Shown piece by piece: positions 11,736 through 23,276 of a stretch of 64,000 nt of DNA. Below the pieces are notes generated by a model. That model was not told the DNA's origin. It saw nothing but the letters and a program-made list of their open reading frames with translations, and ran no database searches. A program made the translations under genes and the position numbers. The stretch lies in assembly GCA_038087875.1 (NCBI GenBank), contig CM075978.1, positions 180,172,001 to 180,236,000 of the forward strand, written 5' to 3'. Numbering within the stretch: position 1 is the first letter of the stretch; every line of letters begins with the position of its first letter. This DNA is from Malacoraja senta (Eukaryota).

Positions 11736-12041
11736 CTACCGAAGTTTCTTCGAGCGGAGTATTGCAATTCCCTAACAACTTGGACGTTGGCGGCGGTGAA
11801 AATGCTATCATGTATTGCACATTTCCAATATCGCAAGACACTACTGACGTTAATTGGTGGAGGGACGGCATGAAGACATTCCTTGAACCGGACAGAAGAA
11901 AACAATTTGCGATAGATTCTGGAAGGGGAACCTTTACTCTCCAACATGTGCGTGTCGCTGACTCCGGCCTGTATTACTGTCAAGTAAAGTTTCAGCAACA
12001 AGTTATCGGGAATGGAAGTGGCTGCCTGATCACTGTATTGG
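11736..12041 (+). CDS. Receptor gene 2, V-type Ig domain exon with germline J-like G strand
   Basis: 306 bp, phase 1-1. Contains MYC, NWW, DSGLYYC and IGNGSGCLITVL, followed by g|gtgagt. Confidence 0.93.
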
Positions 12042-13167
12042 GTGAGTGTGTGTGTTAGGGAAATAAGCAATTTTCAGTTCTATGCTATTTGCAAAGTAAA
12101 ACTAGTCGCGGGGATAATATGAAAAATCGCCTGTTAATAAATACCCGGTAATAACAATTTATGATAAATGCATTACAGAGACTGGTAATTCAAAATGAAA
12201 CAATGCACAATGTGAATAATCATCAGGTCGGGTAGCACTCGTGGGACGCGTGGGTATTGAGGGTTATTCTGTTCATTGTACGGTACCTTTCGAGACGCCT
12301 TTTCATTGCCATCGGCGCAGCCCATTAATTTAGTGGTCGCGAATTTTAAGCCAATCTCCCAGGTGGATTTATCGCTAAGAACGGGTAAGTGCTTGAGATG
12401 TAAGAAATTCATTCGGCGGTGTGGTTAGAAATGCTTTGCAGTGAGATATTGAATTAATATTTCTTCTAGTTTGAATGGCTGGAGTATGATGTCTAGGTTT
12501 CTCATCACCAAGAAAAGAGAGTAGGGGCAATTTTAATGCGTCGATCGTAGAGTCTGCCATGCCTCTAATCTACATCAACAGCTTTAAAACCTCAGAAGAC
12601 CAATGTGCAGCTGCAACCCAAGGACCTTGGTGTTCCAAGATGCGGGACCTATCAGTTCCTCCAAGCTGACTTCAATGTAATTTTTTTGTTTGGAAACGCT
12701 TGACACTACTTATGTAATGCATAACTCCAGTCTATCCCACCAATTTGTCAAAGTACGGAGCAAAAAAGAGAAAAACAACATCTCAACTGAAATTCCCTCA
12801 TATCATTATTATTTAAAGTCGGGGAATAAATAGTAATATTTCTTTCATAGTTAAAGATTATCCTGATTAAGTGAATTAAGTCAAACATTTTAAAGAGATT
12901 GCTTGTAATAAACTGACAAAACAACCCAACAATCGACTCCCAGTCCAGTTAGACACCGACTGCAGCTCGAACGGAAGGAGTTCGCGTTAATAAATGCCAA
13001 ATATAGGACCTTTACGTGCAGACCTAAATTAGTAGAATCTGCACAGCGAGAAACAGAGCTTGTTCTATTCCCTCGTTTGGCTTCTGCAAGCTATCATCAT
13101 TAACGCCGATCTAGCGTTGTCGATTCACTGTCGCCAAGTTGGCACAACAGATGGAACTGATTTGTAT

Positions 13168-13350
13168 AGAGACACAAAATGCTGGAGTAACTCAGCGGGG
13201 CAGGCAGCATCTCTGGGTAGAAGGAATGAGTGACGTTTGGGGTCGAGACCCTTCTTCAAACCTCGATCCTTAACGTCACCCATTCATTCTCCGAAGAGAT
13301 GTTGCCTGTCCCGCTGAGTTACTCAGCATATGTTTGGTTTAAACCAGCAT
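13168..13350. repeat. Head-to-head inverted pair of Penelope-derived repeats in the V-C1 intron
   Basis: 13168-13237 is roughly the reverse complement of 13272-13335. Confidence 0.8.
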
Positions 13351-14101
13351 CTGCAGTTATTTCCTACAAACTGATATTGAATAAGTGCGTTCGTAGATTG
13401 CTTGTAATAGATACCACGACGTTTCAATATAAGCATTCAATGCGCGAGAAAAGTGTCCCAGCACTTGGTTCACATGTGATCGGCTGTGATCGGCAGTTCA
13501 AACCCAAATCTGGTTCTGGTTCTGGTTCTGGTTGATTACTGCGCAAAAACATGATAAGTGGTTACCTCGCGCAGGTCGGAGTGAGTAGAGTAGAGTAGTG
13601 ATTACATTTTGAAGTGGGGCTTTTTGACCAGGTTGAGGAGATTTAGTTCATATACTACTTAAAGAGCTAACGGAATTAATCATTAATCTTCATATATAAC
13701 CGCTTCCTGTCACCACACTATACAAATCTGTTATATATCGATTATGATAGCTCACTTTTTTTTGCAACATATGAATGATCCGAATATGGCCACTTTTAAA
13801 TAATCACGGCAGGCTTCTGGCAAACACTTTCGCGCGATACCGGGGAACGTCCATTCAGAACAGAGTTTATTTTGGAACTCCTTAAATTCTGTTGGCACTC
13901 CTTAAATTCACCCTCTTTGTATCTTGACGGAATTCGTCCGGTTGTCCGCTATGAAAGGAAGTATAAATGAACGACAAAATGGGAAGTTTAAATATTAAAT
14001 AATTTGGTTCCTGGGTAACACGACTCGGTGTCGAGATAAAATGTAAATATTTACAATGAAATGGAAAGCGAACACCCGAGAAATGTTTGTTTTTTATTAA
14101 G

Positions 14102-14395
14102 ATCCCCCAACTCCCTTGAAAATTGTTCCTGCTGAAGGACTTGGCTCTCCACGGAAACTTGTGTGCAAAACGGGCGCCTTTTATCCGGAGAAATTAGAAA
14201 TATTCTGGCTAAGAAATAACGAGGAAATTCGCACTGGAATCGAAACTGTGAAAAGACGGAGCGGAGGAGGATTGTTTGTGGCTTCTAGTTTTTTGGAAAT
14301 AACGCAGCCTGGCGAGGGCAAAGATATTTACACCTGTCTGGTATCACATATCTCCCTGAAGGTGGCGGCCAGTTTCAGTTACACCCTGGGCCAAG
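14102..14395 (+). CDS. Receptor gene 2, Ig C1-set exon (phase 1-1)
   Basis: 294 bp open; LVCKTGAFYPEKLEIFW..YTCLVSHISL; g|gtaag donor. Confidence 0.93.
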
Positions 14396-14935
14396 GTAAG
14401 ACTGGAGCCAGTTACACATGATATTGGGGCGGTTGATCAAATTCGATCAGATTAATAACTGGACAGCTTTCCGTACACGGAGGGAAGGGTAAAAATAATA
14501 ATGTGACTCGCATTTATTCGCATGAAAGCAACACTTGCATGCTGTTTAAAATGAATTGTACTTCATCCGTTCTTGTAAGGAAATCCGTGTGAGATGAATT
14601 GACAAACTGAATTAATATAGTGTTTGTAATGAGCAAAGACGTCCTGGGATATGCATATATCCGCTGTCTGGTGTAATATATGAAGATAAAGCCTAAATTC
14701 CGTTGAACGTTAGTAAGCAGCTGTCCGCACATGGGCACAATACAATGGCATTTGTTTGTCCTGTGGATTCCATTACTAACTTCCATCTGGTGCCTTCTGA
14801 TATACCTTCCAAACTTTCGGATGTGGGTATTAAAATGCACCTACGAAATGATTTACTTTGTTGACTGCCGTTTGTATATTTGTTCTGAAATGTATAAATT
14901 CTTTACTCTTTCTTAAATATCTGTTGCTCCATCAG

Positions 14936-15034
14936 GAATTGATCGCAAACAGATTATCGTATATGCAGTAGGCGGATCAGTAATTTTAGTTCTGATTATA
15001 ATCGTGATAAGACTCAGTTTAAAGGTATGGTACG
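14936..15034 (+). CDS. Receptor gene 2, transmembrane exon (phase 1-1)
   Basis: 99 bp; GIDRKQIIVYAVGGSVILVLIIIVIRLSLKVWY; g|gtaagt donor. The membrane-spanning segment has no charged residue. Confidence 0.9.
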
Positions 15035-15638
15035 GTAAGTATCTTGATAATTTACAATAAACATTTCTATGGTTAAAAAGAGAATGGATATGTCAATGGT
15101 GTTTGCTCACAGAGGAGTAAAGGTAACTTAAATGGATATGTAAAGAGATTTCTGAAGCCGGTTTTGATATATGTCTGTGATAATATAAGATGGATCTTCA
15201 AATTCAATTATTTCAGCTTGGAATTGGATATATTCAATTTATCACCTATGCATATCTTTTCAAATATAAGGAATTCTTCAAACATCCAATGCGATGGATT
15301 ATTAATGCAATGGAAGATTGCGATTTTGAGGAAAAAACAACTGTGGCTTCTGTGGCAATGAGCAAAACCAATCATCTCCATATTTTTACATTACATTGCT
15401 GTTTTGACATGGACACAGTTCCTTATAAACCATCACAAATTTAAAGTTTCAGTTAAAATTTAGGTCCAGTGGGCGCAACATCACGAAAGAGTACAAGACA
15501 GCCATCGGATATTTAAAAATGCAATCGTTCTTACTTTCTGCAGTAAAGTTGATTAATATGAGAAGAATAATGTCAAAATCTACAGATCAATCTTTACAAT
15601 TCAAGTTGTTTTACTTAATTCTTATTTCATTCCTCTAG

Positions 15639-15682
15639 GCCATAACGTAACCTCTGTAGGAATACGTCAGAACGGGGAGCCG
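15639..15682 (+). CDS. Receptor gene 2, cytoplasmic linker exon (phase 1-0)
   Basis: 44 bp, GHNVTSVGIRQNGEP|gtaggt. Same length and donor as gene 3 40956-40999. Confidence 0.8.
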
Positions 15683-15783
15683 GTAGGTGATATGTTTCCT
15701 TTTGTTTCAAAATAGGGATTATTTGTAGCAGACGTATTATAAATCCGTTTTCTTCCATAGTATCTTGGAATACTCTAGGACAG

Positions 15784-15930
15784 GATGAAAACATTATTTC
15801 CTTTTCAGGTTACGTCAAGTATACATCCAATAATAATTTGAATATTCCTGTTGTATCTGCTTCAACATCTTTTGACAATTCCATGCCAGATCATAACCTA
15901 ATATATTCTAAAGTGAAAGGTGATGTTTAG
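15784..15930 (+). CDS. Receptor gene 2, candidate terminal tail exon a (ITIM LIYSKV)
   Basis: cag|DENIISFSGYVKY..DHNLIYSKVKGDV*, phase 0. The exact acceptor is uncertain. Confidence 0.55.
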   Translation, partial: DENIISFSGYVKYTSNNNLNIPVVSASTSFDNSMPDHNLIYSKVKGDV

Positions 15931-16599
15931 GATGAAAATATGAGCTTCTATTAGTTCTGGTGGCAGGAACACTTAAAAATAAATCTTAGATAGTGAGAAC
16001 GTATCAAATATCAGACTACGAAGAGATTGTGTGTTGCTGACCAATGGGAGAGTAAGAGGAACAATCAACCCGTAAGGCAAAAGTTATATTGAATTTCAAA
16101 GCACGGTAATTAAAGTAAAAATGAAAAGAACCTTTGTCGAGAATTTACTGTGCTTTGTTGAGCCGTTCTTTAACGTGCTAATTGCAGTTTTGGCTTCGAT
16201 CCTTAGCGAAGGGTCATTTAACCGGATATGGCCTACATGGCATCGAAACTGCTTCCCACAAAATTGATATTTTGTGCTGGCTGCTAAATGGAATCCCACA
16301 AATGCATCTTCCACTCTGCAATGCTTAGAAGAAGAAATCTCCAAAATCTGCAAAAGACTGATATTTGTATTGACATTGGTTAATTATTGCCATGTGCACC
16401 AAGATTCAATTAGAAACTTTATTTTGCGTGCAATCCAGAAAATGGATACCATATATTGGTACAATGAAACCATACCAAGTGCATAAAGGGAAATGACACA
16501 GAATGCAAAATATAGTGTTACAGCTAAAGAGAAAGTGCAGATTTTAAAAGCGCAAGGACCAGAACGATGTAAATCGCAGATCAGGATTGCATCATTAGC

Positions 16600-17700
16600 T
16601 TGCGTGACGCCTGTTTAGTAACTTGATAACATCGAGTATAAAGCTGTTTTTGAATCTTACACAAGGCGATTTCAAGCTATTGTGTATTCCGACCGCCGAG
16701 AGAGGGAAGAAGAGAGAATGGCGGAAGCTGGTTTACGTGGTTGGCTGGTCTTCAAGCACATGTTCCTGCGTTTCTTAAGGTCTTGGGCAAAGCTGTCGCT
16801 AAACCAATTTGGGATTCATCCCCATATAATTATTTCGACAGTGCAGCTGTGGAATTTGGGAAGAGACATTGGAGACAGTCCACCTTTCCTTGGTCCTCTG
16901 CGAAGGTCGAGGCATTTGTGTGCTTTCATGGCGTTGGCATTAATGTGGTTGGACCAGGGCAAATTATTGGTGATGTTTATCTCCAGGAAACTCGACCAAC
17001 ACCATTGATGCAGACTGGGTCGTGTACTTCACCTTGTTTCCTGAATTCAATAACTATTGCCTCCATTTTGCTCACATTGAGGGAGAGATTGTTGTCCACA
17101 TGCAGTGTCACTAAACTCTCTACCCCCTTCCTGAACTCTGTCTGGTCATGGTTCGAGATCTGCTCCACCGTGTTGATGTCATGTGCAAACATGTAAATCG
17201 AGTTAAATTGCAATTTGGCGGCGGTGTTGTGAATGTATAGGGAATATAGTAATTGGCCGAGAGAGCAATGTTGTGGAGGCCCTAACGTTCAGTATTTCCA
17301 TGGAGGATGTTTGGTTGTTTATCCTTACTGACTGCAATCTGTGGACCAGGAAGTGAGGATCGAGTTGAAGATCGATTTGCTGCGTCTTTGATCCAGGCGT
17401 TGGGAGATTAGTTTGATTAGAATAATGGTTTTGAAAGCCGAGTTGCATTCAGAGTCTGATATACAGGTCGGTGTTGTCCAGATTTCTAACGATGCTGTAG
17501 TAACAGGGAGATTGCGTCTGTCGTCTTTGCAGTTGCAGTGATGAGTGAATTGCAGTGGTTCAAGACTGTCCGGGAGGCTGGAGTAATGTTCGCAGTCACC
17601 AGCTTGGAAAAATCAGTTCGTGTTGGTGAATGTCAAAGCCACTGGACAGTTGCAATCGAGGCCTGCTGCATTGCATTTCTTTGATTAGTTTATGTTTTTT
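16600..17700 (-). mobile_element. Decayed Rex/Babar-like LINE RT fragment
   Basis: ORF 16977-17213: FAHDINTV..DQTEFRKGVESLVT..NNLSLNVSKMEAIVIEFRK, an RT C-terminal region. Boundaries are approximate. Confidence 0.7.
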
Positions 17701-19009
17701 CGATTAGAGCGATATTTAATCAGATGGGAACATTAGAATCGAACAAGGATAGGATAAATGTGTTCGCCAATACACTCGCCTGCTGGTTCGTGCTGGTTGC
17801 GATGACGCGGCCTAAAACATAAATCTGTTGTCATCTCGCATCGAGATTCAATCAGAAATATCTGGAAAATCACCGCAGTTCGGACAGCATTTGTGGAAAG
17901 AGAAACCGTCAATTTTCAGATCCAAAACGCCTCATACAATTGCTTGGAATTTCAGTGTTTCTATTTACACAGCGTGATCAGCTGCGATTTTCAGCATCTC
18001 TTCTGTTTTACCTCAGATTTCCAGGATGTTCATATTTTAATTTCCACACCTAGATTTTTCTGGCAACTACATTAAATCTGTATCATTTGTATCATTTAAC
18101 GTGGGTGATTGTTTCTGTATGCTTAATATGTTGCACGCTTTAATTTTAATGAATTTCTTAAATTAACACAATGGTATTTGGTATAAAGGCAACGATGGAA
18201 TTGCCTTTGACTTTCCCAAGGCCATGGTCACTTATCATTGATTCCATAATAATATGCTTTATCAAGTTCGTTCAGTGTTCGAAATTCTCCCTGAAGTACA
18301 CAACTCAAAATTGTGAGCAATATTTTACATAGTCGCTGTTAAATATTTATTATGATGTCCTTCCCCTTACATGCCATGCCATTACTTGAGCTGATATATG
18401 CTGCTTTTACGAATTAGTGTACCGACTTCAGTCATGCTGTAAATAATTTACTAGCACAAACAGATCAGCATAGGCCCTGGACCCCCGTCCCTACATTTGC
18501 TGTTTTAGCTATTCCAGTTAACAAGGAACTATGAGCTCCAATCTCTGCAATGGCAAATCAGGCAACATGAAATGCTAAGGATCACATTATCTGTTTGGAA
18601 CCCATGAGGGAATCGCCTAGGACTTTCAATCTTTGGTTCCGCCATTAAATGCAATAATAAGTCAGGCTACAGTAGAGAAAGGAATTTGGGCGTCGCCACT
18701 GCGGAAAGCATAGAAGTGCGTAGGAATCTGGAAATGAACAGTGACAAAAAGAGATGACAAGATTTGAGGAAACGTTTCCATTTGGAGGGTTGTTTTCAGC
18801 GGCTGTTTAAAAATCAACTTCATTGTGGCGCTAGGATTGTCCACCTTTTCCTTGAGATGACATAGTTGGTAATATCATTGACAGCAAGTGAAATGTTAAT
18901 CTATTCCTCTATATCCCGCGTGCATCGATTTTCAGCCCCAGATACAGTTCGAATTCCCTATCAGCTATATGCCTGGTCACCCGCAATATTAAATGTAATT
19001 TTCTAATAG

Positions 19010-19153
19010 GTGAGACAAGCACCAATTGAACATACCACTGCCTATGCTACACTGAATTTAAGCGAGAGCAAAGGATTTTCAAATGGTCTACAAGAAGAAC
19101 AGCATGTCATCTATTCACAGGTAAAGCCCTTGGACAGCGTAATTAAGATATGA
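19010..19153 (+). CDS. Receptor gene 2, candidate terminal tail exon b (TAYATL + VIYSQV)
   Basis: ttttctaatag| phase 0, 47 codons then TGA. A homologue lies at 42246 in gene 3. Confidence 0.72.
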   Translation: MRQAPIEHTTAYATLNLSESKGFSNGLQEEQHVIYSQVKPLDSVIKI

Positions 19154-19378
19154 AATGATCATTGTTCCAAATGTAGTTGCTTTTTCCAAACTGCAGGGAA
19201 AATATAAGTGCACAATAGCAAATCTTAATTTAAGTAAAACCTATCACCCACTGCACATCAGAGCAAAAATATAATTTTCCTTTCCTTATTCGGGTTTAAA
19301 TTCAAATGTAAATTGTATGTGAAGAAACAAAGGGTGGGAAGCTAGGAACACACAAACCTACCCAGTTCTCATAATCAG

Positions 19379-19877
19379 AGCGAAACTAAATACAAATGCC
19401 AGACAATGACCTGGGAAAAGAGAGCAAACAAGACGTTCAAATTATCCACCGAATAGGGGACTCGTGTCAAAAACTGGGGACGCAGAGCCATAGGAAATAG
19501 TACCAACTTATATTCTATTGCATTTCGGTGCCACTGATGCAGCCGTGAGCCGAGGTGTCTATTGGAAAGGTACCGGTAGCTTCAGTCTGCGAACCACCTC
19601 TTGGGCTCTACAGGCGAAATAGATTCCCGCCAATCCCACAAAAGGGGCTTCGTATTATGCCAAATATTTAGTACTGCGGATACAATTTTGAGCATTCACC
19701 AATTCTCCTAACTTTCTTAATTACATCGAAGTTGACATAAAAGAAAAAGAAAATCATTCTTTTGTGGGACAAGAACGGCTCCTCGGGTTTAAACTCAATA
19801 TCAGGCAGAAAGGTATAGCCAAAAATAAATCTGTGCAAATCGATACCATTGTGAAAATTACAACATGGTTTGCATAA
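19379..19877 (+). pseudogene. Receptor gene 2, tail cassette c (19379-19527, internal stop/frameshift) and c2 (about 19693-19877, LNYIEV)
   Basis: SETKYKC aligns with gene 1 DTTKYNW and gene 3 NAVQYKW, and a TTCG|GT donor is present. The c2 motif LNYIEVD parallels gene 1 SIYVHIN. Confidence 0.38.
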
Positions 19878-19954
19878 AATTTTATTTTAAAGCAGTATGC
19901 TCAAATTTGTCACTGAATGATTGCCTAATCGCCGATCATTCATTACTTTCACAG

Positions 19955-20092
19955 GCTAAAAAAGGAGGACATGACAAGCTGACCTACGCAACTGTGCAAC
20001 ATCACACCCCCAAGAAAACATCAGCATCCAAACAACACAACAAATACACGGTGTACGCAGATGTGAATACTTCAAAAAAGACGTGTAACTGA
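19955..20092 (+). CDS. Receptor gene 2, candidate terminal tail exon d (ITIM LTYATV + ITSM TVYADV)
   Basis: attactttcacag| phase 0; AKKGGHDKLTYATVQ..YTVYADVNTSKKTCN*. Confidence 0.78.
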   Translation, partial: AKKGGHDKLTYATVQHHTPKKTSASKQHNKYTVYADVNTSKKTCN

Positions 20093-21373
20093 CAATCCAA
20101 ATACAGTTCAGATGGTAGACTATTTGTTGAGTACAGGCCCAAAGTTTCACTTGTTGCGTCCAGAATTAAGAGTGATAATTGTTAGAGGGTAGAAAACAAG
20201 TGACCATTTTCAAATTCGATGAAAGCCAGGCTCACTGTTGGAATTTGTCTATTGCAGATACAAATAAGAATATACAAAGTAGAAGCAGCAACATGTTGTT
20301 TGGCCCTTCACGCCTGAACTGCCATTCAAAGCAACCGTGTCTTATCTGTTCCAGTCTTCATCTCTCCTTTTGTGCCAATTGCTCATTGTCCTCAGCGCCA
20401 TAATCGTCTACAAACATATTAAATATCCCTTTAAACAACCCGATTAATTTCATCTGCACAATTATCCAGCAGAAAAGCTCCCAGACATTCGCCACTGTCA
20501 GAAGACCTTTCCAAACATAGGATTGCACAAGCGGCCATTTAAAAAGCTACTCTTGCTCATTCATGCCAACTTTCAACCGGGGACAATAGAGATGGTGCAA
20601 TTTTGTGGAAACATCGCAATGTTTACCTGTGATAACTCGCCTCTGAATAATTTCTCACAATTAAACATCGATTGATAAACTTGTCCATTGTATTTACTTA
20701 ATTTAATTAAAAGTATTGCACTTACCATTTATTCATCCATGCCTGCGCTGAATGCTGAAGAACGGAGAAGTACGTCGAAGACGGATTCCTGGTCCCACTA
20801 AAGCAAATATGTTTTAGGCCATTTTCACCATATAATGGCAACAGCTGCTGGGGAACAATAGAGTCTCGTGTCCATTTCTATAATCGCCAATAATATGGCG
20901 CTAAGAACTCAGTTCATCAACCACAATCTGCAGCTCAATGGACCGATTGAAACCTGCCCAGTATGTTTGCGACCCACGGGAAGCTTTCTATTTGCATTAA
21001 TAATGACGAGTTCAAAGAAAAGTTGGTGTAATGATATATTATGAAGTTTATTATGCATTATTGCCGTTCAGCAGATGGTCATAGTTGGCAGATTAGCTGT
21101 GGGGGTAAGGCCGTTGGGCAATGGTGAAAAGGGATATCGGCAACGCAATAAATCTGTACTCTGACAATGCAGAGGTCCACCAACTGCCTAACACATTGTC
21201 AGCAATCGAGAGACATTAGTGATATAAATAAAACTTGTATACGATCAAAAGCAGAAATACGTCGTTCAAGCCTGCTCTTCAGTCAAAATAAGATAATGCC
21301 TGGTCTGTTTTCATCCTCTACTTTGCTAAAAATGTGTCCAACTGATGGATCGCAAAGATGGATTTTTTTTTAG

Positions 21374-21517
21374 GATTATTCACTGAGGACCAAGATTGCA
21401 TTCCAGCGCTCTCTCAACTACGCAATGCTACGTTCACATATCTAGTTTCCAGCAAAAATACTCAATATCATAACTTATTCTCAGTTGGGTAGACATTCGT
21501 GCTTTCACTTTTCCTGA
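21374..21517 (+). pseudogene. Receptor gene 2, candidate tail exon e (LNYAML, in-frame TAG, ITYSQL)
   Basis: ttttttttag| phase 0, 144 nt to TGA. Two ITIM-consensus motifs lie in one frame, with TAG at 21443-21445 between them. Confidence 0.5.
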
Positions 21518-22212
21518 TCATTGATTGACTTACCCATAAAAAAGGCAGATAGCAGTATGTCTTATCATTGCATAGCAAAGTCACTGGAGCACACCAATGC
21601 AGTAGATCCGTGTGAAATGCGAGTGATAATTTCCACTGCGCTTTTCACTACTTCTCCTTTTCAGCCTCACTTTAGTATTACTGCATCCTTGTAACAATGC
21701 TTGCTAACAATTAGTTGCAGAAAGCAAAATACCATACAGCACAGTAATCCCGAAACTGAAGCATTTATGTGCGACACCCATCATTTATTTGAATCGATAC
21801 ATTGGTATAATAAACAGGAACGATAAAAAAAAAGTAACATACTGATGTACAATGGTAACGGAATCAAGAACTTTTAATTTTCTTCAAGGTCATATAGTTT
21901 AGTAAGTCTACATTTGTAGTTGAGCGAGCCAGGAGATAAAGTCTCCTCTAATTACCACTTATAGTCATCATACTATCTTTATGATGACTGTACTCCAAAT
22001 TCTAACTCGTCGCTAGAAGTTGCTTCGACTAAAATGAAACAATAGGAAATGCGTTTACACCGAGACAAGTAACAAATCGTTCCGTGACATTTTACATTGC
22101 TAAATGTAAGCAATTAAGACAAAAAAAATGTAAAGTGGATAAGCAACAACATTAGTACTGGAACCTGCATTTTTCATATTCCACGACCTACAGATAGCAA
22201 CCTACAACAACA

Positions 22213-22493
22213 GTGGCGCAGCTGGTAGAGTTGCAGATATCTCACTGCTCCAGAGAACGGTTTCGATCCTGAGTTAAAGTGTTATCTATCTGAAGTTTAC
22301 ACGTTCTCCCAGTAGCCGCGTGTGTGCTCCGTTTCCTCCGAGATCTACAAAACCTGCAGGGTTGTAAGTTAATTGGCCTCTATAAATTACCGCGAGCGTG
22401 TAGGAAATCAACGCGAAGTCAACGGGATAACATAAACGGTGGTCGGCGTGGACTCGGTGGGCCAACTGACTTGTTTCCCTGTTGTATCTTTCA
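22213..22493 (+). mobile_element. tRNA-derived SINE (HE1-like), shared with the duplicate at 44171
   Basis: GTGGCGCAGCTGG box A and GTTTCGATCC box B. Confidence 0.8.
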
Positions 22494-23139
22494 TTCATCA
22501 AAACTTCGCAAAGACTGCCGAAGAAGGGCGATAACATATCTGAACCAAAAATCGTCCCTTTTCTGCATGTTCGATATTATTCACTAGGAACAAATTTAAT
22601 TGCTTTTAGCCGATTCGTTTTTAATTTTGGTGCGCAATGGCTTCGGATGCAAGTGGATGAAGCTGGTGGCTGGTTGGAGGAACGAGGTTCTGGTTTCAGG
22701 TATTCACATTCAATCTTTAATTTGAATGCCTAGCGAACCCAAGTGCATAATTATTCACAAAGCCTTGAATCAACAGCGTCTTGCATATTCTAATTGTGCA
22801 TGTTCCGTTTAATAAACAAAAAATGAAATCAATGCTTTGGTGTTTTACAAATCCTATAGATATGGTCCAAATGATATGCCATTGTAATACAATCATTAGA
22901 GTCTGTAGCTGTAACATATATAAAGTAACAGCTAGCTTTTTAAATAACTCGAGGCAATGTTATAATTAGGTGCATTTATCACCCCGAAAAGAACCCCTTT
23001 AACAGTATATAACCCCATTATAAAACATGCTCGCAGCTCCTCAATACTGGCACCGTATGAATCACGCACAACCTTTATGATTCACATTGTGGTGCTGAAC
23101 TGAATCCATGGTCATTTAGAGTTTGTTCGTGGATGGCAC

Positions 23140-23193
23140 TTCGAAAAGGGGGAACGGGGCCCAATGTCTCCCACTTGGTCTAGTCTATCTATC

Positions 23194-23276
<83 letters not shown>

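Noticed and set aside
11736-12100. V exons as rearranging Ig/TCR V segments
   Set aside because: The G strand is already encoded and followed directly by a splice donor. No RSS heptamer or nonamer follows either V exon.
213-14395. Naming the genes NCR3, NCR3LG1 (B7-H6), SIRPA, tapasin or MHC
   Set aside because: The motifs are shared at superfamily level only. The V-C1-TM-multi-tail structure and the 53-residue V do not match any of these well enough without a database search. No MHC peptide-binding exons are present.
20720-20790. TIYSSM (ITSM-like); likewise INYSTL at 43275-43292 and LIYAAF near 18391
   Set aside because: None has a convincing phase-0 acceptor or a positional homologue in the other paralogues. 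Such hexamers occur by chance, so they were not counted as tail cassettes.
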